From IMG/VR virus record IMGVR_UViG_2529292886_000014, positions 1-16,180 of that record: 16,180 nucleotides of DNA, one strand, 5' to 3'. The position numbers and the translations under genes were made by a program. This DNA is from a virus. Its lineage: Duplodnaviria > Heunggongvirae > Uroviricota > Caudoviricetes. Below are positions 14,251 to 16,180 of the stretch, one piece after another; position 1 is the stretch's first letter; each line of letters opens with the position of its first letter. The notes beneath the pieces are model-generated. The model had not been told where the DNA came from. It saw only the letters and a program-made list of their open reading frames with translations, and did not search any database.

Positions 14251-14719
14251 GACCATGAAACTACGGAAACTACCCGTAGTTTGGGTAGTAAGAGTAACAC
14301 CCAGATTTTGGGGCTTACTCGTGATACCCAAATTTGGGGTATCGGTGGCAACCATAACGACTTTCGTTACGGTTGATGCTTTTACCCCATTGGGGGAAAG
14401 GTATTACGATAATCATAACACCTACCGAACAGGTAAAACCCACCAGCCTGATTAACAGTTAACCGGAAAAAAAACCAGGTGGCCCCGTTATGGGGATCCC
14501 CATATCGACATTAACGCCCCTCATGAATTGGTGTGCTTCCCCCTGGAAAGATTACCCGCCTGTATATTTCTTGTGTCTATTTGTTCCACGTTGTTTCATA
14601 CAGTGCACCGAACGGTGTAGTTAATGGTGTAGTTAATTTGCTGTTTTTAGCACTTTTTGTAGTGTGAGTTTTTTAATTAAATTAATGGGTTACTTTGCTG
14701 TGGTGATAAAAGGACATAT

Positions 14720-16180
14720 TTATTCATCTTTCGGCGTAGAATGCTGGCGACCAAAAATCACCTCCATCCGCGCACCGCCAAGCATGCTCTCTCCGGCGAC
14801 GATTTTACCCTCATATTGCTTGGTGATTTCGCGGGCTACCGCCAGCCCCACACCTTGCCCAGGGCGTAAAGTATCAACCCGTTGACCACGGTCGAAAATG
14901 ACCTCTCGCTTGCTTAATGGAATACCGGGGCCATCATCCTCGACCACAATATAGAGATGCTCGTCGGTTTGCCTTGCAGAAATTTCGACAAACTCGAGGC
15001 AATATTTACAGGCATTATCCAGTACATTGCCCATCACCTCGACAAAATCGTTCTGCTCACCGACAAAGCTGATCTCTGGCGAAATATCGAGAGAGATATT
15101 GACCCCTTTGCGTTGATACACTTTGTTCAGCGCCGAGGTGAGATTGTCCAGCAGTGGGGCGACCGGATGCAGCTCGCGGCTGAGCAATGTCCCGCCGTGC
15201 ATACTGGCACGATGCAGGTAGTAGCCAATTTGCTGTGAAATGCGGCTGATTTGCTCCAGCATTACCGGTTCAGCATCACTGACGCTCATCTTTTCACTAC
15301 GTAGAGAACGCAGCGTACTTTGCAGCACCGCCAGTGGCGTTTTCAGACTATGGGTCAGGTCGGTGAGCGTTGTACGATATTTGTCGTAACGTTCGCGTTC
15401 ACTTTTTAACAATCGGTTCAGGTTTCGTACCAGACTGGTCAGTTCTCGCGTTGTGGCTGGATTGAGCAATTCGCGGTTATGTTCTTCCAGTTCGCGGACT
15501 TCTTTTGCCAGGGCTTCGATGGGGCGTAAACTCCACCAGGCGGCGACCCACAGCAGCGGGATCACTAACAGCAGATTGGCTGAGAGCACATAGATAAACC
15601 AGCTCCAGACCATATAGGAACTTTTTAGCTCCACCGGAATGGTATCCACCACCACAATGGTTAACTTTGGCATCCGCGATGTTGCCGGGTAGACGTTTAC
15701 CGCCACCGAGTGGGTCATCTCCGCGTCGTCATCATCTTCCCGCACTTCCTGCAACTGTTGCTGTATCGAATGATCTCCACTCAGCAAGAGGCTGGTATCG
15801 TTAACATCCGCTTCAATTTCATGAAAACCATTCGATTTCAGCCAGTCAGGCTGGATCATCTTCATCAGCCAGGGCACGTCACGTTGCGCCCATAAAAGCT
15901 GCCCGTTCTCATCATAAATTAGCGTCATGGTGGGGCTTTGCTTGTCGATATTTTCGGGTAACTCGACATGCAACTTATTGTTTTCCCACTTCGCAAGGGT
16001 ATAGAACAGATTGCTCTCGCCACGTAACAGCCGAAACGTAGTTTTATCGAAACTGACGCTATAACCGATCAGCGCGACCATTCCGTAGGCAAGCGAAAGC
16101 ACCAGTACTACCGCTGCCGTTGCCAACAGAAAACGTACCCGCAGCGAGAGCGGGAAAAAAAGACGCAGTAATTTTTTCAT
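14720..16180 (-). CDS. phoQ: Sensor histidine kinase PhoQ (PhoP/PhoQ two-component system)
   Basis: 486-aa minus-strand ORF whose translation is near-identical to Escherichia coli PhoQ as I remember it: two transmembrane segments, periplasmic sensor with acidic patch EDDDDAE, HAMP, H-box LTHSLKTPL, ATPase G-boxes DDGPGI and GQGVGL. The window ends exactly at its start codon. Confidence 0.95.
   Translation of the reverse strand: MKKLLRLFFPLSLRVRFLLATAAVVLVLSLAYGMVALIGYSVSFDKTTFRLLRGESNLFYTLAKWENNKLHVELPENIDKQSPTMTLIYDENGQLLWAQRDVPWLMKMIQPDWLKSNGFHEIEADVNDTSLLLSGDHSIQQQLQEVREDDDDAEMTHSVAVNVYPATSRMPKLTIVVVDTIPVELKSSYMVWSWFIYVLSANLLLVIPLLWVAAWWSLRPIEALAKEVRELEEHNRELLNPATTRELTSLVRNLNRLLKSERERYDKYRTTLTDLTHSLKTPLAVLQSTLRSLRSEKMSVSDAEPVMLEQISRISQQIGYYLHRASMHGGTLLSRELHPVAPLLDNLTSALNKVYQRKGVNISLDISPEISFVGEQNDFVEVMGNVLDNACKYCLEFVEISARQTDEHLYIVVEDDGPGIPLSKREVIFDRGQRVDTLRPGQGVGLAVAREITKQYEGKIVAGESMLGGARMEVIFGRQHSTPKDE

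Larger units (their letters stand above)
1..14719. mobile_element. Integrated phage satellite, capsid-forming PICI-like (int-alpA-primase plus own head/terminase module, no tail or lysis genes). Left end lies upstream of the window; right end is somewhere in 13938-14719.
   Basis: Gene content and order read from the translations: integrase, AlpA, P4-type primase with iteron origin, HK97-type MCP/protease/portal/connectors, HNH, TerS, TerL, nearly all on the plus strand. No ORF resembling tail, tape measure, holin, endolysin or CI/Cro. Flanked on the right by the chromosomal gene phoQ. Confidence 0.7.

Noticed and set aside
14143-14455. Small ORFs in the right-end structured region (14143-14355 minus, 14194-14376 plus, 14222-14455 plus)
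   Set aside because: They overlap each other and the palindromes and have no SD. The region is better explained as non-coding recombination or packaging DNA.
13938-14719. tRNA or tmRNA gene as integration target at the element end
   Set aside because: I found no T-arm GTTCGAATC/GTTCAAATC-like sequence and no acceptor-stem-plus-CCA arrangement. The insertion target is probably upstream of int, outside the window, or a non-tRNA site.
1-14719. Defective or cryptic full prophage
   Set aside because: A decayed prophage would be expected to show pseudogenes and remnants of tail, lysis and repressor genes. Here every gene is intact and tightly packed, and the gene set matches a satellite. It cannot be fully excluded without the sequence upstream of int.

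Overview
The window runs from the first codon of a P4-type tyrosine integrase (1) to the first codon of phoQ (minus strand, ends 16180). The ~14.6 kb in between is a compact, almost entirely plus-strand mobile element with three modules. (i) Integration/regulation: int, alpA, a divergently transcribed Arc-like ribbon-helix-helix gene with 9-bp operator repeats and its own terminator, and three small translationally coupled genes. (ii) P4-like replication: a primase-helicase followed directly by an array of about ten TGTTCACC iterons, then an SSB-like gene, a PerC-like gene and a small cassette between two near-identical terminators. (iii) An HK97-type head and packaging module: major capsid protein, prohead protease, portal, head-closure protein, gp6-like connector, HNH endonuclease, TerS, TerL. 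There are no tail, lysis or classical phage repressor genes. The best explanation is a capsid-forming, tail-less phage satellite (cf-PICI-like) inserted next to phoQ. The most unusual points are the non-canonical gene order of the head module, a dyad motif repeated at both borders of that module, and a ~780-bp ORF-poor right end dense in palindromes. All family assignments are from reading the translations and recalling family motifs; no database search was run. Hand-counted motif coordinates may be off by 1-2 bp.
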